Below are positions 38,801 through 49,086 of a stretch of DNA of 64,000 nt, piece after piece. The stretch comes from Trichoplax adhaerens. Lineage: Eukaryota; Animalia; Placozoa. Location: the NCBI RefSeq assembly GCF_000150275.1, contig NW_002060960.1, positions 412,189 through 476,188 of the forward strand. Reading direction: 5' to 3'. Under the pieces are notes generated by a model that was not told where the DNA came from, made no database searches, and saw only the letters and a program-made list of their open reading frames with translations. Positions within the stretch are counted from its first letter, which is position 1. Every line of letters begins with the position of its first letter. A program made the translations under genes and the position numbers.

Positions 38801-39738
38801 TTATAGGTTTTGGCAACATCGGGATGATGATGACCAAGGAGCGATAATTGAATTTTGATTGACTTCTTGTACATAGAAATTGCCTCTTCATACTTGGCTC
38901 GATCATTATATAAGGCTCCCATGTTGTTATAGGTGGCGGCAACATCGGGATGATGATGACCTAAGACTGATAATTGAATTTGAAGTGATTGTTTCAACAT
39001 TGAAATAGCTTCTTCATGCTTGCTCTGATAAGCATAGCAATTTCCTAAATTGGCATAGGACGTAGAAATATCAGGATGATTGTGATCGAAGACGGCTAAT
39101 TGAATTTTGAGCGATTTGTTATACATAGAAATAGCCTCATCATGCTTGGCTTGATGACTATAAACGGCGCCCAGGTTGTTATAGATTGCGGCAACACTGG
39201 CATGATTATGACCATAGATTGATAATTGAATTTTAAGCGACTTTTTAAACATAGAAAAAACGTCTTGATATTTACCTTGAGCAAAATAGACGAATCCTAA
39301 TAGTTCATAAGAATGGCTGATACCTAAATCGTTCCTGCCTACGCAACTTAATTTTAAATCCAGTGATTTCGTATAGTAATCTAATGCTTTACTCCAATCT
39401 TCTTGCATTCGTTTAATATCACCATGTCTATCTAAACATTGAGTAATGATGATTTGTTCTTGTGATTTTTCGGCAATTTCTCTTGCTTTCTCGTTGAATT
39501 CTTCCGCTTTCATCCATTCACTTCTTCGTATATAAATCTCGCTAATAAGAAGACAGATATCGCTTTGAAATCGATAATAGTCTTCACTACATGCCAATAT
39601 GGCTTGAAGGCTATCCGAGAGTTGTGCGCAGCAAGAAATTGCTTCATTAAGATTATCAGATTGATGATTATTCACACCCTTTTCACATAGTAATTTTACT
39701 TCTTGAGGATTACCGGACTTGACGGATTGGTTGTCCAT
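35896..39738 (-). CDS. Intronless 1280-aa protein made of about 27 tandem 42-aa TPR repeats (kinesin light chain / nephrocystin-3-type TPR)
   Basis: Consensus HPDVAxSYNNLGxVYxxQGKYEEAISMYxKSLKIQLSVLGxx repeated with a 126-bp nucleotide period; no KLC coiled coil and no P-loop domain. Confidence 0.93.
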   Translation of the reverse strand: MDNQSVKSGNPQEVKLLCEKGVNNHQSDNLNEAISCCAQLSDSLQAILACSEDYYRFQSDICLLISEIYIRRSEWMKAEEFNEKAREIAEKSQEQIIITQCLDRHGDIKRMQEDWSKALDYYTKSLDLKLSCVGRNDLGISHSYELLGFVYFAQGKYQDVFSMFKKSLKIQLSIYGHNHASVAAIYNNLGAVYSHQAKHDEAISMYNKSLKIQLAVFDHNHPDISTSYANLGNCYAYQSKHEEAISMLKQSLQIQLSVLGHHHPDVAATYNNMGALYNDRAKYEEAISMYKKSIKIQLSLLGHHHPDVAKTYNNLGIAYSHQSRYEEAIAMHKKSLQIKLFVHSHDHPDVANSYGNLGNVYRDHGKQEEAIAMYEKSLKILLKVHGQHHSNVAKLYGNLGNVYIDQGKHEMAIAMYEKSLKIQVFVLDYNHPDIAASYNDIGTAYKHQGKYEEATSMYQKSLKIQLSILDPNHPSIAATYNNLGVSYAAQSKHEEAVSMYEKSVKIKESVLGHNHPDIAVSYNNIGLAYHDQGKHEEAIPMLEKSLKIQLSVFSDNHPNVAKSYCNLGNVYAHYGKYENAICMYEKSLQIQLLVLGHNHPDLVKPYNNLANVYSSQIKYQEAISLYKKSLNIQLSVFGCNHPDVAASYNNLGLTYLRQAKYEEAISMYKKSFKIQLSVLGHDHLDVAATYNNIGLAYSNLSNHDEAISMHEKSLKIKLSILGHRHSLVATSYDNIGTVKREQGKHKEAISMYEKSLKIQLAIFDHNHPDIALSYRHLANVYTQQGKYNDATSMYEKALKIQLSVLGHHHPDVAASYNNLGGLYYYQNKLKKAISMFDKGLQIQISVLGQNHSNVAATYNNMGSVYSDQGKYEEAISMHQKSLKIRLSAFDQNHPEVATSYGNLGIVYRNQGKYEQAISMFKKSLKIELSVLGSKHHSLADTYINMGAVYGDQGKYEEAISMYKKSLKIQLFNFGYHHPKIARLYKNIGTVYDLQGKYDEAIFMYEKSFKIQVSFFGQNHSDVAMLLDSLGNAYIHQGKHEEALSKYEDSLKIKLSILDLNHPSIAASYDNLGNVYSRKNKLEEALSMFEKSLKIQLLIHGDNHHNVALTYCNVGLVCAKDKKYEDAILMYEKSLQIQLSALGHNHPHVAKSYGSLGNVYNLQSKYEEALSMYKKSLQIQLLILDHNHPDIAKSYCNLGSIYSRQGRYNEALSMCEKALKIQLLVLDQNHPDVSVSYYEIGKIYDDQGKHEEARSRFQKSLQIYYHNHPDECSRDNISNNE

Positions 39739-40799
39739 ATTTTAAATTGGATGATGCAGAAAATTTGATCAATTCGATACCAGACAATCTGTAGCTAATG
39801 TATAATTCAACTATTCTGCTGTTAATAGGAATGGAAGGAAATTATGATAGCTGTTGAAGATGATTTTCCTATATGCTCAATCCACAACTTTATTATTGTT
39901 AATATCACTGTATAGGTAAAAGAAAATCTTATAAACTACAGAAATTAGTGCCAGTAAGCCGTAGCGTTCCAGAATTTACTGACTGTAAAATAATCCTTCA
40001 AAGGCGTTTTCCCCTAGCATTTTATAGCTGAAAAAGATGAAAATATAATAATTAATATTGAAAAGTATCATGGGCACTCTACATGACTACGGTGGGTAAC
40101 GAAGTACCATAACAGTTAAAAGAATTGAATGATAAATGTGTTTCTAGAAGCGATATAATAAAATGTATTTACCGGTCGAATAAGACAAAATTTTTAAACA
40201 CAACTACCAGTGCAAAAAGTAAACAAGAACGATCACTGCATATCCAGCCTCAACTACCAACAACATCCAGAGAAATGCTACGCGTAGAATAAAACAATTT
40301 ATGAGCTGGGATACTCTTCTTCTCAGTTCTGACAGGTATCATTTGGCAAATCCAACCTATAAGTTGAACTATGACACTACGTCTCTTTTTATGCTTTTCA
40401 GTTGGCTTCTACTTTAATGTAAAGTAGGGATAAAGTTATCCAATCAGACTTCAGCTTTATCTTATCCAGCTAAGCAACTATGCATGTGCTGCCACAAAGT
40501 TCAATTTATTACCACCTACTCCAGATTTCCATACTCAATGACTAAGAATATTCCTATCATTCCTATCAAATTGGGAGACTCTCCTCACCAAATCCTCGAC
40601 AGTCTACTCATCGAGTTCAATATTTGTCCATGTCGACTACCGGGATAATCATAACAAAATAAGATATCTAGTTACCAACTATACTGTATTTCGAAAATAA
40701 TAATTATCAAAATAAATCAATCTCTTGATTCAACGTATAAATAATGTTAAGTAGTCTAGACAAAAAAATAACATTAAGAATATTAATAATGAGCTACAA

Positions 40800-41400
40800 G
40801 TATAAAGAGGGCTTTTAAACTCTTCCTAAGATAGGAATCAAAATTTCATGACTGTGAAGAGGCGAGTAGCTTTGACATCGAATCATAAATGATGTGATAA
40901 TATATAACAAAATATACAGTATCGAGGAAGTGACCAGGCTAGTGCATCTGATCCAAACAAAAATAAGGCTAACATGATGGATTACGATCCATAACTAGTA
41001 ATCTGTGAAGAATGGATTTTAATTCTTCATTATAACGACATTGCAATTCCATGACAGTGAAGAGGCGAGTAACCTTGGCATCGAACTATAATTCTATGTG
41101 ATACGATGGCATCGATTAAGAATATAAAGCGTCGAGCAAGTGGTCAGGAAGGTGTCCGACTAGTACATCTAATCTAGGCAAAAAGAACCCTAAGAATATT
41201 TACAACCATCTATAACTAACTAATCTGTGTAAAGTGAGCTTTTAGCTCTTCCTTAGAAAGGAATAGCAATTACAAGATAGTGAAGAGGCAAGTAGCTTTG
41301 ATATCGAATCAGATAATCATAAGTGATGCGATAGCATACGTAAAAAATATGAAGTAAGTGGTCAGGAAGCTGTCTGGCTAGCCCATCTAGTTTACTTACG
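40800..41400. repeat. Three degenerate tandem units of ~200-225 bp upstream of the TPR gene
   Basis: gtgaagaggc.agta.c.ttg..atcgaa at ~40854, ~41057 and ~41280, each followed by aagtg..cagg and ctagt.catct. Confidence 0.8.
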
Positions 41401-41819
41401 AAAAATGTAGAATTTATTGTGCATAATTGGTTACTAAAGCAAACTATCATCAGTTAGATGCAATTACTGTTACAAAAATGAAATTTTATAAGACTTTTCA
41501 CATTATGGAGTATACGCAGACTTTGACAGTTCTGTCCTCATCGTAATTAGCGAGGTTATGTTGCGTTAAAATCAGCAACTACTACAGCATCGACATGAAG
41601 TAAATGTGAATACATTCACCGGCAGTCTTGCTACCTAGGCTTTCTTAACTACGTCTTCCTACAGCTCTTAACCCTTGAATACTAGTGATAAATCACTGTA
41701 ATAGTGTGATTTGTATCAGGATTAAATATTGTTTTGATGAAATATTAGCGCTAGGCTAGTTTGGTCTCGCGATTGTTGTTTATCTATGCCGATTAGATCT
41801 AGACTTGCTACGTCGCCAG

Positions 41820-42085
41820 GCAAGAATTGCCTACCTAGCGGGAGAAGAAGCTGCGAGCCTAGGGCCGAACCTGATTGGCTCTAAAAGGCCTTCAAACATT
41901 AGTCAGAAGGACGAAAACAAGCGATGGCTAGCGGCGGCAGAAGCTTATAGTAAAATGTTAATAAATGTTAGTTCCCGTGTGGGAATTTGTCTGTAAGAAA
42001 TTTATTCAAAACATGTTGACAAATAGATCAGACCCAGTAGTTTAAAGGGGTCTTGAAGGAAGAGCTAAGGCAGCCTCTCAGTATT
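41820..42085 (+). promoter_or_regulatory. Copy B of the duplicated ~280-bp non-coding element
   Basis: Colinear with the reverse complement of 29510-29790; GATTGG (CCAAT box) at 41873-41878, GTGGGAA at 41979-41985. Confidence 0.6.
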
Positions 42086-44912
42086 GTTACGTTAAGAGTA
42101 TGAGATTAGTTTTTTACGATAGATTATAGATTTTTTTTTATTGCTAATACCTGAGAACCTTTTAATACTATAATAAAGTTATTTTTATTCTCCGGCGTTC
42201 GGTCTCGGTGTTACTGTGTACAATAGTCAAAGATTAGCTTGGAAGGAACTATCATTACAATCACTTATTAGGGAAAATTGCAAACTGTAGCACAGATCCA
42301 TTCCGATCCAATTTATTATGCTATCCAGCAAAGTTTGTAACCTTCGCCTAGTTTATACGCAACGTAATAGAGAAAAGGAATTGCAGCGCAATTATGAAGG
42401 ATTTTTCATCTATTTGCCAAGCGGTAACACTGTTTATCTACAGTAATGTGTAACTGGGCTACTCAATCATTTATTTTCTCTCCTCTGAAATGATATGAGG
42501 AATTGGACATATGAGCGATCTCTAATTGCGGCCAGGCAGTATGACTAAGTAACAAACACTTAAGGCCCTGAAAGGCCTTAATCTTCGATTTTCAACCGCG
42601 TACTTCTAGTTTATTTTCCTTCTTCTTCAATATAATCTTTACTATAATTGGCAAAGTCAAACAATTACGATAATAAAATCAAGCTCGTCATTAATTAGTA
42701 ATGATTTTATGATTCTATTTTGTGTAGAAATTGAAATAATATTTCTGAATAAGTGCTGATCGTGTTTGGTAGTAATTCTCCTCTAGAGATTACAATAACC
42801 AATATCGAGGTATTTAATAAAAGTACTGTACTGTAGTGATATATTTCACAATTTAGATGCTAACTAAGACTTAGCTATAATCAAGAACCCCCGTATCCAT
42901 GATAAAAGTGCTCACTATTAGTAATAAAATTTCACTAGGAAAACATAATCAAGGGACAAACTCGTTGAATTAAGATTCTAGCCATCTTTGAAGTAATATA
43001 ATAAATGTCTGACATTGACATTTTGCATGTAAGAGTTAACTATAATATGCAAATTCTATAATATTATAGTCATCCGTTTAATTATTACTCGATTATTCAT
43101 TAACTTTATGGATGTCATCCATCATCTAGCTAGCTTAATTTACAAATTACCTCTAAACTGCCTCAATATAGTTATGAAGCTAATCTGTCCTTATTATAAT
43201 TACTCCTCACAAGTTCGAGTATATTTATCCATTCCGACTCTATTAAATGACAAATAGAAGAACCATAAACAGTATTCGTTAAGATTCAGAAATGATGCCA
43301 GATATATATACAGTTAATAATGTATCAAATGCTGATAACAAAATATCTTTAGAAAAGACTTTTCATAGTTTCGACTTGTTTATTTCTAAGGCAATCTGAA
43401 TTCTTGAATTTTGCTATAGCTATTACAGGCTTTTAGAACTTGAAATTGATTTTTTTACAATGAGTAGCATAGGCTAGTGAGTCTTTTTCGCTTGTAATTA
43501 TGTGTCCAATATTCTTGACTTTACGTAAAATTAACCCTTTTCCATCTATAAAGAATATTATCAAAATTCTAATTAGAATAATAACGTAGTGCGGAGTCAT
43601 ACTAAAAATTATTCTATAAGATTTTTCTGCCACAAATACCGTATCTTTTATTTATTTCATTTCCGCATGGATCACCTTATAAAATCACACTTAAGGCTTT
43701 CTATCCGAGAAAGACGAGTAACCCATGAAAATGAAATCTAATGTTTAATCTTTCAGTAGCAGTCAATAACTTGTTATAATTGTTGCACAGTTTCTCTCCG
43801 TCTAAATATGAATCTCAGGTTTATCAAATGGTAGGACTATGTCTGGCTCAGGGTATCAAATCTTCATAATATCTAAAATGAAGGAGTAGTCGCAAGAATT
43901 CATGCTCCAAAAGTGTTTAATGCTACATTGGGAAATATTCTCTTCTTGAGTATAGCAGAAATGTTGGATTAATAATCAATCGTACACTTAATGCTTGAAA
44001 AGAAACGCTTTTTGTTTTAGTGTCGGACAATTTAATATTTTTAATCTATATTTTGCCCTTTATATTTATCTAATCAATTATAGCCTAAAATCTGGAGTAA
44101 GATGCAGCCAGTACATCTACTGATGACAGCAAATTAAAACCAATTCATGGTATCTATATCACTACAGTAGTTCCATATGAGAATTTTTTACTGCTCATTT
44201 ACTTAAGTTAATAATAAAGTATAAACAATTTTTACAAGTGAATCAGGAGTAAATATTTGTTGTTAATATACAGCGTAGACACTTTTGTTGGATCACAGCC
44301 CTTGCCACCACATATGACGTAAAGTATAAAAAATCTAATAAAATTGCGATACGTGCAACAGCAAGCCTTCAAGTCTCCCTTTTCATCACATAAAGTCAAT
44401 CATTACTGTAACATGCATACTTATGATTTGAGATCATTTTTTAATTGTATCACAGCCTGATGATATTACTAGCATTTGATCCTGATATAACTGAATCAAA
44501 TTAAGACTAAAATCGATTTAAAACCTTCTATTTTCTTGAACGAGAATTTTTCACTTCCAATTTATAATGCAATCCATTTCTTCTTAGTGTTACAGCACGT
44601 AATACATCTCTGCGTTATATTGTATTTACTATCATTAAAATTGACTAATATGGATGATATTTTCGATTAAGAACTTTTACAGTATCCATTTAAAATTGTT
44701 TACAATCTTTAATTAACTTTATATAGAATTTTTTTTACAAAATCTGTTTTTTGATTGCATGTTGACATCGTTGAGGATCCATTAAACTTTTTATCTTCAA
44801 ATAAAATGAAGCTGATACCAATCTAGAAACGAATCACGGGATTAGTACTAACGCAAGCAAGTAAGAAATTCGCATTCGAATCGCAGTCATTTATCTATAG
44901 CAGAAGTAGGCA

Positions 44913-47900
44913 ATGGAAAACGCAGGACAAACCATTTCTGGATCGTCATTAGGTAATACTAGTTCAATGTCAAATCATCCTGTTCAGAAGAGGCCCTGCA
45001 AATGATAATTTTATTCGTTTTTTGCCGGCGTGGATTCTAAACAGACTAACATTAAAGTGTTTGACGGGATATTGAAGGGAGAATTAATTCGTCACTTTTC
45101 TTTTTCCATATATTTAGTTTAAAATTAATTATGAGTTACGTTACAGTCTTCTCGTCTTTTGAGCAATCTTTCATTAAAGTGATTTGGGTCTCACTCTATT
45201 TCAGTAAGAGCGTTAGAAATGAATCTTTAAGTAAAATATTCGTCTAGATATTTCTGCCCTATGTCGTTTATATGATTTTTTTTTATTATTCAATTTATCA
45301 CCTAGATCGGATTAAATCATAATTCCCGAGCTAGAATCACTCCGTTTAGTAATGAACCCTTCAAAGCATTTTCAAATAGTTTTCTACCTTTTTAAATTTC
45401 AATTTGCGGTTCCGCGAAATCATTGAAATTGAATCATTAAATTATAATTATACATCAATTCACTCTCTATAGTACTATTTTTCTTTATTTCACCTAAGAC
45501 GTAATCTTTAACTTAATTTTAAGTGATATGCAGTAATCCCTAGGGGGGCTACTTCGTTAAATAGTGGTCGCTAAAACGCCTTTTAAAAAGTCTTCTAACT
45601 TGGATTAAAAGCATACCGTTTAAAATTTGAAAACAAACAATAATCGTTTATCTACTTCCTCTCCTTAACGTTTCCCAAATGATTGAATTTAACTCTACCT
45701 TTAATGCAAATCATCAGCAGAATTATTACGGCACTCCCTTAAATAATTGGTCGTTAAAATGATTTCCTAACTGGCTTTCCTAATTGTGGATTCTTAGCAT
45801 TTTCGTAACGATATTTAAGATGAATCTTTAAGATAGAGTATCCGTCATTCACTTCTGAACTTTATGTCATACTTTCAATTTAAACGATACTTCAATTAAA
45901 TTGTAACCATCTTCGAGTGGTTTTCTCTAATGATACTCTAGAAAAATCTTTAAGACAGAATGTTCATCAACTAGCTTTTGTACTTTATTTGGTATTTTCA
46001 GCTTAAACAATACTTTCAATATCAACCGTATTCAAGCTGTTCACGCTAGTGATGTAATGTTTAAAATCTTATCAGTTTAAGGGATGTTACTTGATTATAA
46101 TCTGAAAGAGCAATAGTAAAAGATTTTATAATGTGGTCATTATGATAATATTCACTATGAAACATGGATCTTACGTATAATGCAGACGAATACCGAAAAG
46201 AGATTGGGTACTCATCCTTTTTATGCTTCAACGCAATTCCTCTTCTACTCATTTTCTTCTATGTACAAATCTTAATTGCCATAAGGATCATTAAAATACT
46301 AAGCTGCTTTAATAGATTCACGAGTTCTCTATTTTTCAGCCATATTGACTCAAGGCTTCCCGTAATTATTAACAGTGGTCGATATCATTCGCAATGGTAG
46401 CGAAGACTACGTAGATTTGTCTGGTTATAACACAGTCTCAATCTCCTAGAATGGTTTTGAGAAGTGAACAATTCTTCTTACTTTCTTTCATGCCGTATAT
46501 GAACTCAAGACTCATAATATGTAATGATCGGAGTTTTAATTCACTTTGGTGGAATAGTATTCTATTGCATGGCTACTATGTACTATCCCGATAATACCGA
46601 AAAGGTTATAGTTTCGACCATACATGTCTAATAGTTAGAGAAAACCTGTAGATACCCCCATTTCTTACTTATCTGTGGTAATATTCTTTTAGTAACTACT
46701 AGATAGTGATTATAGCTCGTAGATTGCTAAGACATACTGTGAATAATTATAAGCAGAAAATTTCAGACGTTACGTACTGTATTAGGTTACGAGTTTTATA
46801 AAATTAGGTCAAGGGAGTGCAGTTACTTTCACCATGTACAGATAACATCCATGAAAAGTAATATCAGCTATGCTCATTATTACGACTTGGCATGATTACA
46901 ACCAAATTAGAATTCCATGATTAGAATAGTATTAAATAATGCTCGATTTTGTGGTAGAGAAATGCGATTCTTCTACTGATGTTGTAATATTATAAGAAAC
47001 AGACTATAACTCAGTTTTCTTATTCAAACTGAAATCTCTAAGTGCTCGTTACAACATTTCGTCAAAATATTGATCAGCTAAATCTTAATAAATTTAATTA
47101 GTGATTTGTCCTCCTGGGTACTACCTCCAGTCCGATCAAACTTGCCTGCCTTGTCAAGTTGGTACTTATCAACCTTATGCAAATCAATCCGACTGTTGGC
47201 TATGTCCGTATGGCTTAACTACATCGTCATCAGCATCGGTAGCTGTTGACCAGTGTCAAGGTAAGAATTCTAATAGCATCAATATCATGACATATTGAAA
47301 CTGTTGATAATCCGTCTAGCCATAGCAAATTACAAGTTTAATAACCTTACAGATATAGAACTTACATTTGGATAATCTTTTGCATTTTTTAGTAGCGAAC
47401 AGTTTAATTATCGTCTCCTACGTTTTATTTGCAACCTGTATCTTGATGGCTTTAATATTAGGACTAATACTTTTAATCGAGTGCTTAATACACAGACGGT
47501 AAGTTTTAAGATGATAAATTTATATTTTCATCATAATTTTAAATCATATTGACAATAATTCATATAGTACTTTTAGCTGAGTGCTCAATACACCAACGGA
47601 GGTTTAAAAAAAGATTTCTACGGATTTATATCATTTCTATAATCTTAAATAGTATTTTCATTTCGAAGATCCTCCGCAATCAAGATATAGAAAGCTGATC
47701 ATTTTGCTTGATTACCTCATAAAATTATTCAGATCTCACTTCATATCGATATCAGTGTATATCAGTAGCTAAAGTAAAATATAAAATCAATCTTTCTGTG
47801 TTACTTCATAGCTTGAATTCAATTCTCTAACGTTCAATTAATTCCATATATGGCTAATACAAAGCAACATGTAATAATAACAGCAGGGATAGTCGTCGAT

Positions 47901-49086
47901 GCAAGAGTATTTCTTACTACACAATTAATACTAAATCTTTGGCTATCATTACTAAGTAATATCCTATTAACTTACCTTTAATCAATTGATAGCATAACCA
48001 ACATAAACTTTACCACTCCAGGAGTTTTATATAGCATAAACATTTATAATGACAGTTTCTCGATGATACTTGGTATCGTAGGAATTGCTGAATAAATACT
48101 ATAAATACTGTAATTACTCTTTAAAAACTATAGTCATATCCGAAATCTGTCCGAAAAACGTCAAGGCGAATGGAATGTTAAGTCATGTAATGATAAATCA
48201 ATCTATCCAACTCAATTTAATCTTTATCGAAAGCAGTATAGTGAAGACGACGATGATTTGGAGTGGGATATTTTTCAAGTGCCGGGTAAGCCAAATTTTT
48301 CGAGGGTATATTTTTATCTTAATAAATTATTTTCCTTTACCTCTGTAACGGTTTATTTACCTTATCTTACTAGCATGGGAATATAGCGATATTGAGCAGG
48401 TATTAAGCCGTAAAATTAAGGAGAAAAATGAAGCAAAAAAAACATCGCAACAATTACCTGATACTAGAGACTTACATCAAACTAACAAAATGAAATTATC
48501 GCGTTGCCAGGATGACAGTATTCGTGAATTTAATACTAGTAAAATAACTCAGCAAGAAAGACAGCATTCACCCGATAAAAGAAGAACGAGTAAAGTTCCC
48601 TTACCTGATACTGCGTTCGATTTGCCATTCGATAAAGAACTTACCGTTAATCAAGAAAATCAGCAATGTGATTCCAGTTCTTCTACGTTACATCAGCAAA
48701 ATAACCAAGCAGGTCCTAAACAATCAAAAGAATTGATTGACCGAACTCAAACAGAGGGTAATATATTACAGTCTTCTTGGAATACGATTCCGCCTAAGTT
48801 CCCAATTGAGCAACCGTTTGATAGTACTAGACGTAATAGTGACCATGTAAAACAAATAACTCCTCAGCACTCCCGAATTTTCCTTCCGACACCAATTACT
48901 AGAGGTGATTCCTGGTTCGCTTACGAATCAAAAAGAGCATTAGAAGGATTTTACAGGAAAAATGATAGGCCATTAAAGCACCCTGAAATACAAGAAGACA
49001 TAGAAGAAAAACAAGAAAATGAAGAACAGTTTTATCTCGATGACTATCTACAACAGCATGATGACCATGAGGAGAGTAAAGACTAA
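44913..49086 (+). CDS. Single-pass membrane protein with one Cys-rich ephrin-receptor-like (GCC2/GCC3) repeat and a disordered cytoplasmic tail
   Basis: Phase-compatible model 44913-44952, 47102-47260 (CPPGYYLQSDQTCLPCQVGTYQPYANQSDCWLCPYGLTTSSSASVAVDQC), 47393-47498 (hydrophobic LIIVSYVLFATCILMALILGLILLI), 47993-48072, 48374-49086. First and fourth exons are tentative. Confidence 0.65.

Noticed and set aside
36660-39284. Alternative-frame and antisense ORFs inside the TPR gene
   Set aside because: Shadows of the 126-bp periodic coding repeat.
35896-39738. Annotation as kinesin light chain or nephrocystin-3
   Set aside because: Lacks the KLC heptad region and the NPHP3 N-terminal/NTPase region; only the TPR type is shared.
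41805-41996. 63-aa ORF over copy B of the shared element
   Set aside because: The alignment to copy A has indels and no evident conserved reading frame, so the element looks non-coding.
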